From IMG/VR virus record IMGVR_UViG_3300006217_000126: a stretch of 43,401 bases of DNA. The stretch is one strand, 5' to 3'. The notes beneath the pieces were generated by a model. It ran no database searches and was not told the origin of the DNA. It worked only from the letters and a program-made list of their open reading frames with translations. Both the position numbers and the translations under genes were made by a program. Below are positions 26,050 to 33,173 of the stretch, piece after piece. Position 1 is the stretch's first letter. Every line of letters begins with the position of its first letter. Source of the DNA: a virus.

Positions 26050-27093
26050 TTATAAAAAAGTATCACACGGAATATCACACGCGATTTTGTCAAAATGTTC
26101 ATTAATTTTTTTGTTTTGACGCACGGTTTCGATGTCAATCGTATTCCGGTATACTGTTTTCATAACATTATCGCTTGACCACCCTCCACGCTGAAGTATA
26201 TATTGATCGGGTACTCCAATGGCGTGCATAATAGACGCTGCATAATGCCGTAGGTCATGGAATCGGAAGTGGGGCAAGCTGGTTCTTTTTATAGCCCTTT
26301 CAAAACTTCTGGTAATTGCGTCCGGGCTACGGTTAATAATTCTCCCTGTTTTCCCTTTCAGTTTATCTATTACAAAATCAGGAAATTCGATTGTGCGGTA
26401 AGAGCCGTATGTTTTTGGCTGCTTTATGTGCCACTGATGGTCAGAACCCATTACCATGCTTTTTGTAATGGACACTTTGTTTCCGGAAATATCTGAAGCA
26501 TCCAGGGCGCATATCTCACCACGGCGCAAGGGGCCAAAGGCTGCTAATAAAATTGCGATTTCCAAATCGGTGCCGGATACTTGCCTGAGAAGCGTTTTTA
26601 CATCATCATCAGATGGACAATACAGTTCAAGGCGCTTTTTTTCTGGCAATGATACTTTAATATGCAAATCCGGGGCAAACATTTCAATGGCGGCGGACAG
26701 CAGACCATAAAGGTTACGGACAGATTTAGGAGAAAGGTTCTTAGATTTGTTACTAATCCATATCTGTACATCCGTAGTGTTTAACTCATCTAACCATATT
26801 CTTCCAACATCTTTCATATGGCGTTTCTGCATCCCTAAATATTCTTTGATTGTGCTGGGGGAGAGTACGCCCTCCTTAGCCTCAATATAGCGGCTTACAG
26901 CCTCATACAGTGTGATTCTGGACGGTTTTTTTTCAGTCTTACCAGCTTTCCATTGTGCTGCCAAGTACTTTGCTTCTTGCCGAGTAGGAGCTGTGAAAGA
27001 CTTGTAGTGTTTCTTTCCCTCCACATCCGTATAGTCATATACTTGGATCCGAATGTTGCCTGATGGGAGAGCATTTTTTTTCTTTTTTGCCAT
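26050..27093 (-). CDS. int: Tyrosine recombinase / phage integrase
   Basis: Catalytic motifs LRRGEICAL, HDLRHYAAS and GGWSS..MKTVY. Start ATG at 27093 follows AAGGAGGATGG. The longer track ORF start is unlikely. Confidence 0.9.
   Translation of the reverse strand: MAKKKKNALPSGNIRIQVYDYTDVEGKKHYKSFTAPTRQEAKYLAAQWKAGKTEKKPSRITLYEAVSRYIEAKEGVLSPSTIKEYLGMQKRHMKDVGRIWLDELNTTDVQIWISNKSKNLSPKSVRNLYGLLSAAIEMFAPDLHIKVSLPEKKRLELYCPSDDDVKTLLRQVSGTDLEIAILLAAFGPLRRGEICALDASDISGNKVSITKSMVMGSDHQWHIKQPKTYGSYRTIEFPDFVIDKLKGKTGRIINRSPDAITRSFERAIKRTSLPHFRFHDLRHYAASIMHAIGVPDQYILQRGGWSSDNVMKTVYRNTIDIETVRQNKKINEHFDKIACDIPCDTFL
26061..26080 (+). repeat. Pair of direct TATCACAC repeats, 12-bp pitch (right attP arm, inside the integrase 3' end)
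   Basis: TATCACAC at 26061-26068 and 26073-26080. Confidence 0.6.
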
Positions 27094-27287
27094 AGTACCA
27101 TCCTCCTTTAAAATTTTTGGTAAATTTGGGTACAAAAATAACACCATACCTTTGACAGCAGGTGCTAAAAATGATACAATATTCTTGGTGTATGATTGTA
27201 TCATCTGGCGTGCTGTCCAGGTATAGAATCTATGTAAGAACCGTTCCTGTTGGCGCAGGGGCGGTTTTTACATTTTAATTAAATCAT

Positions 27288-27830
27288 TTATAATAAGCCG
27301 GAAATGCATATTTTTAAATCTTCAAAAATACATACAGGAATATCATCGTCAAAGCTGTATTGGCAAGTTCCTTTTTCACCTTCAAAGTCATAGATATTTG
27401 CAGTGTGTGTCAAGGGATTTACTATCCAATATTCTTTTACCCCAGCAGTACGGTATTTAAAAAGTTTTATTCCATAGTCTGTGTGTTGAGTAGATGGGGA
27501 TATGATTTCTATGATCCAATCAGGGGCGCCATGGCAGCCTTTATCATCTATTTTATTATTGTCACAAATAATGGATATATCAGGTTCCACATAATTCAAA
27601 TCATCATCATGTAGGAAAACTGCAAATGGGGCAGTGTATATTTTACATTTTCCTTTTTTACTATCTATATAATTTCTGATTTTATAATAAAGGTTTCCGG
27701 ATATTTCCTGATGTTTTGTACTTGGTGGCGCCATCATATAGAACACGCCATCAATAAGTTCGGCTCTTTGGCCATCTGGAAGGGCATAAATATCTTGGAT
27801 AGTATAAATTCTTTCCTGCAGTAATTGCAT
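27288..27830 (-). CDS. Uma2-family (DUF820) putative endonuclease
   Basis: Contains AELIDGVFYMMAPPSTKHQ.., YVEPDISII.., PDWIIEIISPST.. and GVKEYWIVNP, the PD-(D/E)xK-like pattern of the family. Confidence 0.7.
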   Translation of the reverse strand: MQLLQERIYTIQDIYALPDGQRAELIDGVFYMMAPPSTKHQEISGNLYYKIRNYIDSKKGKCKIYTAPFAVFLHDDDLNYVEPDISIICDNNKIDDKGCHGAPDWIIEIISPSTQHTDYGIKLFKYRTAGVKEYWIVNPLTHTANIYDFEGEKGTCQYSFDDDIPVCIFEDLKICISGLL

Positions 27831-27907
27831 AACTATTCCTCAATCTTTCCTTAAAACTTTTCCAACAAGTATTTATTTTGTTTGATAATAAACTTTTCAA
27901 AATTTAA

Positions 27908-28378
27908 TTATGAATACTTTTCAATCACAGCCAATGAAGGCTCAAATATGATGAAGTAATTATCAAATTCAACTTTAACGCCATATTTTTCCCTATAACA
28001 TTCAAGGGCTTCTTGAAGGAAATCCTCTGTTACATTTAAGCATTCTGCCAATTCATAGCTATTTTGGCAGTGGGCATGGTATCCCTGGATAATTCCACAT
28101 AAACCAATTTGTTTGTCATAAGCCCACATCCGTCCGGCACGTTCTATTTTTCTGTTTATAATTGTTTCTTGGTTTAAGATATCATATGTATTGGTATGGT
28201 AATGTCCGATTTCTTCTGCAAGTACACAAGCTTTTTCTGTCAGGGTGGGAATGCTCTGCCTAATAGCAATTCTTTTTCCTTTAATCCTTCCCTTGCTTAC
28301 TGGAAGATTTTTTTCTTTCACAACAAGCCCGGTATTGTCTGCTTCTAGCAAGAGTTCATCATAACTCAATAGTATCAC
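27908..28378 (-). CDS. ImmA/IrrE-like metallopeptidase (anti-repressor protease candidate)
   Basis: Family-like N-terminus and the motif CVLAEEIGHYHT, where the first His of HExxH is Glu. Adjacent to the XRE repressor. Confidence 0.6.
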   Translation of the reverse strand: MILLSYDELLLEADNTGLVVKEKNLPVSKGRIKGKRIAIRQSIPTLTEKACVLAEEIGHYHTNTYDILNQETIINRKIERAGRMWAYDKQIGLCGIIQGYHAHCQNSYELAECLNVTEDFLQEALECYREKYGVKVEFDNYFIIFEPSLAVIEKYS

Positions 28379-28386
28379 TCCTTGGA

Positions 28387-28653
28387 TCAGGTGATTTTCT
28401 CAATACGTTGTTTTAATCTTCTAACCTCATTTTCCAGATTGGTCACACGTAAGAGTAACATTTCTTTCTGATTTTCCACTTTTAAAGCATCATCCAGTTT
28501 GCGTGAAAGGTCAAGGTGGCCTTCAGCAATACTACGGATTTCTTTGTTGGTTTCATTTTCTAATGTCATTCGGACTTCAGTAACCTTATTTTCTAGTTTT
28601 TTTATTTCTTCCCATATAGGCTCATTGGATTCCCTTATCGTTTTAGCAATCAT
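28387..28653 (-). CDS. Coiled-coil protein
   Basis: 88 aa, heptad-rich (LENEVRRLKQRIEKI). Lies between the ImmA-like and repressor genes. Confidence 0.5.
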   Translation of the reverse strand: MIAKTIRESNEPIWEEIKKLENKVTEVRMTLENETNKEIRSIAEGHLDLSRKLDDALKVENQKEMLLLRVTNLENEVRRLKQRIEKIT

Positions 28654-28700
28654 TTCTAAATTTTTTTCATCTAATATGTCTTGTTCACCTCCTTTTCGTT

Positions 28701-29210
28701 TTAAAAATTCTCATCATCCATAATATCTTCCTCTAATTGCTTGAGATCGTCTGGAGCATGGATGTAATCATCAGCATGGGCAGCAGTGGGCAAAGGGTTT
28801 TTGATTTCTTGTTTTATAGAAAGGATATTATCGGCTTTAGTGTATTTTTCATCTAATGTAAGAAGTCGCACCTGTTCAGTAGCAATTTCTTTTCCATAAG
28901 TGTTTAGTCTATTATAAAATGTCATAATTCGAAGTGATTCACTAATACTATTTTTCTTGTCACTTCTTTCCATAGGCACATCAAATCCCATGAGCCATGC
29001 TTCATTAACATTCAATGCCAAACCTAAAATAGTAAGTTTTTCTTGTCCAGGTTCAACTTTGCCATTAACATATTGGCTTAAATCATTACGCCCTAATTTT
29101 ACATGAAACTTTTCGCAAAATGGTTTACATTTTTGTAAAATATCGGTTTGTCTAAGGTTTCTTTCTTTCATAATTTGTTTTAGCCGAATAGCAGTGCTTT
29201 CCTTTTTCAT
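28701..29210 (-). CDS. CI-like XRE-family repressor
   Basis: N-terminal HTH (IRLKQIMKERNLRQTDILQK...LSQYVNGK..P). Divergent from the cro-like gene. Confidence 0.8.
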   Translation of the reverse strand: MKKESTAIRLKQIMKERNLRQTDILQKCKPFCEKFHVKLGRNDLSQYVNGKVEPGQEKLTILGLALNVNEAWLMGFDVPMERSDKKNSISESLRIMTFYNRLNTYGKEIATEQVRLLTLDEKYTKADNILSIKQEIKNPLPTAAHADDYIHAPDDLKQLEEDIMDDENF

Positions 29211-29234
29211 AATTTGTACCGCCTTTCTGATTAT

Positions 29235-29263
29235 ACTATATCATGGATTGAACAAAAGTTCAA
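29235..29263 (-). promoter_or_regulatory. Candidate repressor promoter overlapping operator O1
   Basis: On the minus strand: TTGAAC (29263-29258), 17-nt spacer, TATAGT (29240-29235). Confidence 0.4.
29248..29263. promoter_or_regulatory. Operator-like palindrome O1
   Basis: TTGAAC-AAAA-GTTCAA is a perfect palindrome. It shares GTTCAATATAA (29258-29268) with O2 and O3. Confidence 0.55.
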
Positions 29264-29303
29264 TATAAAAATACAAATGTACAAAAAAAATGAGCAGATC
29301 ATA

Positions 29304-29332
29304 TTGACAGAGCATTAGCGATATGGTATCAT
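29304..29332 (+). promoter_or_regulatory. Candidate rightward early promoter
   Basis: TTGACA (29304-29309), 17-nt spacer, TGgTATCAT extended -10 (29324-29332). Confidence 0.55.
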
Positions 29333-29338
29333 GAAATT

Positions 29339-29355
29339 GTTCAATATAATTGAGC
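29339..29355. promoter_or_regulatory. Operator-like site O2
   Basis: GTTCAATATAATTGAGC matches O3 at 16/17 positions and lies just downstream of the -10. Confidence 0.55.
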
Positions 29356-29371
29356 GAATGGAGGTGATGAT

Positions 29372-29596
29372 TTGGCATATGATTACAGAAAACTACGTGG
29401 AAGAATTATAGAGAAATATGGAACGTTGAAAGGCTTTGCAGCAGATATGAAATGGTCAGAAAGAACACTGAGCCTTAAAATGAATGGTAAAGTATTCTGG
29501 AAACAACCTGAAATTACAAAGGCAGCAAAGCTTCTCGATATTCCTACTAATGAAATAATGGGATATTTTTTTAAACAAACTGTTCAATATAATTGA
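29372..29596 (+). CDS. Cro-like / DUF739-type HTH protein
   Basis: TTG start follows GGAGGTG. Contains YRKLRGRIIEKYGTLKGFAADMKWSERTLSLKMNGK. Confidence 0.7.
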   Translation: MAYDYRKLRGRIIEKYGTLKGFAADMKWSERTLSLKMNGKVFWKQPEITKAAKLLDIPTNEIMGYFFKQTVQYN

Positions 29597-29598
29597 AC
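29582..29598. promoter_or_regulatory. Operator-like palindrome O3
   Basis: GTTCAAT-ATA-ATTGAAC is a perfect 7-3-7 palindrome overlapping the cro-like stop codon. Confidence 0.55.
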
Positions 29599-29657
29599 TT
29601 TCTGGAGGGATATAAATCAACAGTAATAGCCAATCAATAAAGGGGAAGTGAGAGAAG

Positions 29658-29804
29658 GTGAAAGATTTAATAGAATTAGCATATGAGATACATGAAAAGA
29701 GCAGAAAGAAGTTTGAATGCAACGAAAGCTATGTAGAAAAGAACAGGAAGATCAGGAAAAGACAAGGGCAGCAGCCCATGAATAAAGGAGTCGGGAAAAT
29801 ATGA
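29658..29804 (+). CDS. Hypothetical small basic protein (48 aa)
   Basis: GTG start, MKDLIELAYEIHEKSRKKFECNESY... Its stop overlaps the next ATG (ATATGA). Below the track cutoff. Confidence 0.35.
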   Translation: MKDLIELAYEIHEKSRKKFECNESYVEKNRKIRKRQGQQPMNKGVGKI

Positions 29805-29956
29805 AAGATATGAAACAAATGCCAGCCGGAAAGGTATACCTACCCCCCGGCCAGAGGCAAGCCCGGTATATCCGGATGCTGGAGCGGTGGGTATTGGTCT
29901 TGTGGAGTGTCTGTATTGCTCTAATGGTTTTGGTTTGTTTACTGATTTTGAAGTGA
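29801..29956 (+). CDS. Hypothetical small membrane protein (51 aa)
   Basis: MKDMKQMPAGKVYLPPGQRQARYIRMLERWVLVLWSVCIALMVLVCLLILK, with a C-terminal TM helix. Preceded by the RBS AAAGGAG. Confidence 0.4.
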   Translation: MKDMKQMPAGKVYLPPGQRQARYIRMLERWVLVLWSVCIALMVLVCLLILK

Positions 29957-29970
29957 GAGGGAGGGGCTGT

Positions 29971-30450
29971 GTGGATTACAAATTCACATCAAAAAACGGG
30001 TTATGCCCTCAGTGTATAGCATTTGGAAAAAGATACTGGATACAAGATAAACATATCGGTGGAGATGCTTATGAGTATTGTCTCATGTCACTTCCGGCTG
30101 TAAGGAAAAAAACAGAGTTTCAAAATAAAATAGAACTGGCAAGTTGGATTAACGGGCATGACATGGAAAGAGAAATCCAGGACGACACGAAAAGAAATGA
30201 ACTGGCAGATTTTGTAATTAGCAGCAAAATCGTCCATGATTTACGGTTCTGCTTTGAAGATTGTAAGTTAGTTAAAAATAAAGGAAGAAAATTTGTTTTA
30301 TACAAAGATTCAACGATAAAAGAATACATAGATCCAACCCAGGAAACCGGGTGGTTCCAGACTTATCTGGAATGTTTAAATGTATCAAAAGAGATTTTAA
30401 GGAGGAGTCAGGTAAAAAGGGAAGGGGAGCAAATGCGGATTTTTAAGTAA
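29971..30450 (+). CDS. Hypothetical protein
   Basis: GTG at 29971 follows GGGAGGGG. The 5' part of the track ORF overlaps the small TM ORF. No recognisable domain; contains CPQC. Confidence 0.5.
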   Translation: MDYKFTSKNGLCPQCIAFGKRYWIQDKHIGGDAYEYCLMSLPAVRKKTEFQNKIELASWINGHDMEREIQDDTKRNELADFVISSKIVHDLRFCFEDCKLVKNKGRKFVLYKDSTIKEYIDPTQETGWFQTYLECLNVSKEILRRSQVKREGEQMRIFK

Positions 30451-30513
30451 TGCAGGCATTTTAACTTTTCGGGATAAAAAAATCAAGGGCAAATCCGGGA
30501 AAGGGGAAGGAAA

Positions 30514-31200
30514 TTGAACAACTATTGTTTAAAAAACACATTAAGCCTGCGGGACGTGCACCGGGTCTTTTTAAATAGCAACGTATTCGGATTGGCGCCG
30601 GCATTGGAGGACTGCACGCTGATTCCAACAAGGCGTCAGAACCAGTACATGATGAGCTTTTCGGATCCCGGCCATGCATACCGCGTTCTGTTCGGCCAGT
30701 TCTGCTACGGCGGAGGCTTCTGGATGCAGCTGCTGAGGGAGGAGGAATACCAGGAAGGCCAGGACTATTTTTTAAACATCAGCATGGGGCTCTTTGAGAA
30801 ATCCCTGTTCCCCTGGATGCCTGTTTCGGAAGCGTTCCTTCTGGAACACGACATGCTCCGGAAGTTAAAAAGAAAGAAAACCGCCTTCCGGTGCCGGCTG
30901 AAAGAGGGACTGTCCAAGGAAACGGTCTATGAAACCGCATCCAGGCACAACCATACCGGGTTGGACCTGCCGCCGTTGGATCGGATGGAATTTCAGGGGT
31001 CCGGGAGCTGCTACCGCCTGACCTTTTGCGTTGTCTTTCAGGAGCCGGCCTTCTGTACGCTCCTGCTTTCTGACAACCGCCATGGGTGCGGGTTGAAAAT
31101 CACGGTGCGTACCAGCGATGGGAACGAGGCAGAGTATCAGCGCCAGATGCACGAAGGATATCTGAGGGAGCAAGGGGCGGTATGGGAAGAAATGCTGTAA
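30514..31200 (+). CDS. Hypothetical protein in a GC-richer cassette
   Basis: 228 codons, TTG start after AAAGGGGAAGG. No recognisable motif. Confidence 0.5.
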   Translation: MNNYCLKNTLSLRDVHRVFLNSNVFGLAPALEDCTLIPTRRQNQYMMSFSDPGHAYRVLFGQFCYGGGFWMQLLREEEYQEGQDYFLNISMGLFEKSLFPWMPVSEAFLLEHDMLRKLKRKKTAFRCRLKEGLSKETVYETASRHNHTGLDLPPLDRMEFQGSGSCYRLTFCVVFQEPAFCTLLLSDNRHGCGLKITVRTSDGNEAEYQRQMHEGYLREQGAVWEEML

Positions 31201-31211
31201 GCCCAGGAGCG

Positions 31212-31235
31212 GGCAGGCCCCGGCCGGGGCCTGCC
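31212..31235. terminator. 24-bp perfect GC-rich palindrome (hairpin)
   Basis: GGCAGGCCCCGG|CCGGGGCCTGCC. No adjacent T tract on the + strand. Confidence 0.4.
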
Positions 31236-31272
31236 AAAACAAAGCTTTTGGATTGGAAAGGAGCGTGAGAGA

Positions 31273-31689
31273 GTGAAGACAAGAGGAGAAGCCATCCTTG
31301 CCTATTCTGAAGCGTTTAAAAGAGAAAACGGAGATAGGGAAGCCGCTGCTATTTTATACAAAAAAATGAAATGGCTGTTTTCCTCAGATTTTATAAGTGA
31401 GGAAATAAAAATCCGGTGTATCGCAGAAGAAATGGATCATATTCTTTGCGCAAGCCGGGAAGCCGGCCATGCAGGGGAATGCGTTTCTGGACGTTAAGGA
31501 CAGAAGCGGGCCAAAAACAGAGTAACATTCCTGCATGATAGAATCCGTCTTGGAAAGATCGAGAAACCAGAACTGCACGATATAATCCCAGGTGCTTTTG
31601 GGAAGCACAAAGGGATCCGGGTAAAATTTAAGGAACTGGGATACAAAAGTATCCTGAAAGGCGGCATGACCGCCAGGGTTATAAGGTAA
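31273..31689 (+). pseudogene. Hypothetical gene interrupted by an in-frame TAA (74 + 63 codons)
   Basis: GTG at 31273 follows AAAGGAG. TAA at 31495-31497 is followed by 63 more sense codons in the same frame (GQKRAKNRVTFLHDRIRLGKIEKPELHDIIPGAFGKHKGIRVKFKELGYKSILKGGMTARVIR), ending at TAA 31687-31689. Hairpins and a T tract follow. Confidence 0.45.
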
Positions 31690-31733
31690 CATCAAAAATC
31701 GCCTCCAATCAAAAAATGTACTTTTTGATCAAG

Positions 31734-31755
31734 GGCGCGAAGCGCCGCATTTTTT
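31734..31755 (+). terminator. Rho-independent terminator candidate
   Basis: GGCGC-GAA-GCGCC hairpin, then gcaTTTTTT. It is preceded by an AT hairpin, ATCAAAAA/TTTTTGAT, at 31708-31729. Confidence 0.5.
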
Positions 31756-31769
31756 GACTGGTTTGTCAA
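31754..31769. promoter_or_regulatory. Operator-like inverted repeat upstream of the HTH-like gene
   Basis: TTGAC-tggttt-GTCAA. Confidence 0.3.
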
Positions 31770-31878
31770 GTGTTTTAGAGAAAAAGGTGGGTGATTTTTG
31801 AAAAATGGGTTCTGAAAGCCCCATGAAATAAGGGCTGAAGATTCCAAGAAGTTATCATTTAGAATAGGAGGAAATATT

Positions 31879-32127
31879 ATGGCGGCGAAAAAGACACCGT
31901 ACCAGCAAGCGCATGAGGATATAAATGCCATCATAGCGGAGCTTAAGTCCAGGAAAAGCTGGACTGACAAAGAAATAGGGAAATATATAGGGGAAAATGG
32001 AATAAAGGCTACCAGCGTTCAGCACAAACGCGATCAAAAAGCATTTCCTAAGATCAGGTTCTGTGATCTTTCTCTAATACTGGATCTGGCAGGATATGAC
32101 ATTAAATTTATAAAAAGAGGAATTTAG
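31879..32127 (+). CDS. Small HTH-like protein
   Basis: Preceded by the RBS TAGGAGG. Contains WTDKEIGKYIGENGIKATSVQHKR. Confidence 0.55.
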   Translation: MAAKKTPYQQAHEDINAIIAELKSRKSWTDKEIGKYIGENGIKATSVQHKRDQKAFPKIRFCDLSLILDLAGYDIKFIKRGI

Positions 32128-32145
32128 CACAGTGGAGCAGAGGAA

Positions 32146-32442
32146 ATGGCCAAGGTAAAAGTAACGATGGATTATGATACCAATGGTGTGAGATATTACA
32201 GGCTGGAAAAGAAAAAGGGGAAAATTTCCCAACGGGAAGCGTATGAGGCTATGGAATCAGAATGGCAGTTTGGAAGTTTTTTATTGGATTTTCCAGTGCC
32301 TCAAGATGTGCCGTTTGAGCTTTATGACCCGGGGGACTGTTGGATCCTATATAAAACAGAGGATCTTTTGGGAGAAAAAGCAGAAGATGAGTTTCATAAA
32401 GGCTATGAGGCATGTTTAAGAGATTATAGTCTGGAAAAATAA
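32146..32442 (+). CDS. Hypothetical protein
   Basis: 98-codon ORF with an RBS. Confidence 0.55.
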   Translation: MAKVKVTMDYDTNGVRYYRLEKKKGKISQREAYEAMESEWQFGSFLLDFPVPQDVPFELYDPGDCWILYKTEDLLGEKAEDEFHKGYEACLRDYSLEK

Positions 32443-32478
32443 TTGAGCCACATAGGAATCAAGGTTTAGGGGAGGCAG

Positions 32479-32643
32479 ATGATGGGATTAAAAGCAGAAG
32501 TGCCTGAAAACAGGAAGAAGCTGCAGAAAAGCATAGAGGCATTGGAGTGGCAGTTGACACAGGATAAAAGAGAAGAAGACAGAGCGATTCACCAAGAGGC
32601 ATTGGAACAAATGAAAAAGAAACGAAAGGAGGCTGCTGATTAA
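32479..32643 (+). CDS. Hypothetical coiled-coil protein (54 aa)
   Basis: MMGLKAEVPENRKKLQKSIEALEWQL..., after GGGGAGG. Below the track cutoff. Confidence 0.45.
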   Translation: MMGLKAEVPENRKKLQKSIEALEWQLTQDKREEDRAIHQEALEQMKKKRKEAAD

Positions 32644-32647
32644 ACCA

Positions 32648-32968
32648 ATGAAGCAATATGAATTTATGCAGATTAGTCCGGAAGTGCTTCCGATTGCCAA
32701 AAGCAATGCCTGGAGCCTGGACAATATGGATGCACATGAAGCAGGAGGGAGAGCAGTTGAATACATAGGAAGTCAGGTGTCTGGTTTTTTGGATAATGAC
32801 CAGCATAAGGGAAAGTTAATATTTGATTACTATCAAGACAACACAGGAGCCTACTGGTTTAAAAACAGGGCAATGCTTCCAAGCGGAGCCATCGTGAGCA
32901 TGGACTTTTATCTTTTCGGGAAGGAATCAAAGAGAAAACTGAGCCGCAGGCAGAAGAAAAAATGGTAA
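32648..32968 (+). CDS. Hypothetical protein
   Basis: 106-codon ORF with a basic C-terminus. Confidence 0.55.
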   Translation: MKQYEFMQISPEVLPIAKSNAWSLDNMDAHEAGGRAVEYIGSQVSGFLDNDQHKGKLIFDYYQDNTGAYWFKNRAMLPSGAIVSMDFYLFGKESKRKLSRRQKKKW

Positions 32969-32974
32969 AGAAAT

Positions 32975-33001
32975 AGCCGTTGCGCCGGAATCGCAGCGGC
33001 T
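32975..33001 (+). terminator. Hairpin after the early operon
   Basis: 10-bp stem AGCCGTTGCG / CGCAGCGGCT with one G-T pair and a 7-nt loop. Followed by an A run rather than a T run. Confidence 0.4.
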
Positions 33002-33013
33002 AAAAAATTAGTA

Positions 33014-33061
33014 CAAATGCAATAAATAAACCCATAGAAATTATACCATTTATTGCGTTTG
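33014..33061. repeat. Long stem-loop upstream of the Rep candidate
   Basis: CAAATGCAATAAAT (33014-33027) pairs with ATTTATTGCGTTTG (33048-33061) over 14 bp, including one T-G pair. The loop is 20 nt. Confidence 0.6.
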
Positions 33062-33173
33062 GCGTCAACACGAAATGCCGGTAAAAGCCGGCTTAAGACT
33101 TGATTAAACTATTAACTTTAGGATCTGAAGCAGACTTCTGAAGTAAAAATAACGCAAAAGAAGGTGTAATGGA

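Noticed and set aside
31384-31970. Two minus-strand ORFs (31384..31695 and 31692..31970)
   Set aside because: They overlap convincing plus-strand coding: the 31273 frame with its in-frame continuation, and the 31879 gene. Their composition (F, P, W, S, C) is typical of antisense shadows, and no minus-strand signals are present.
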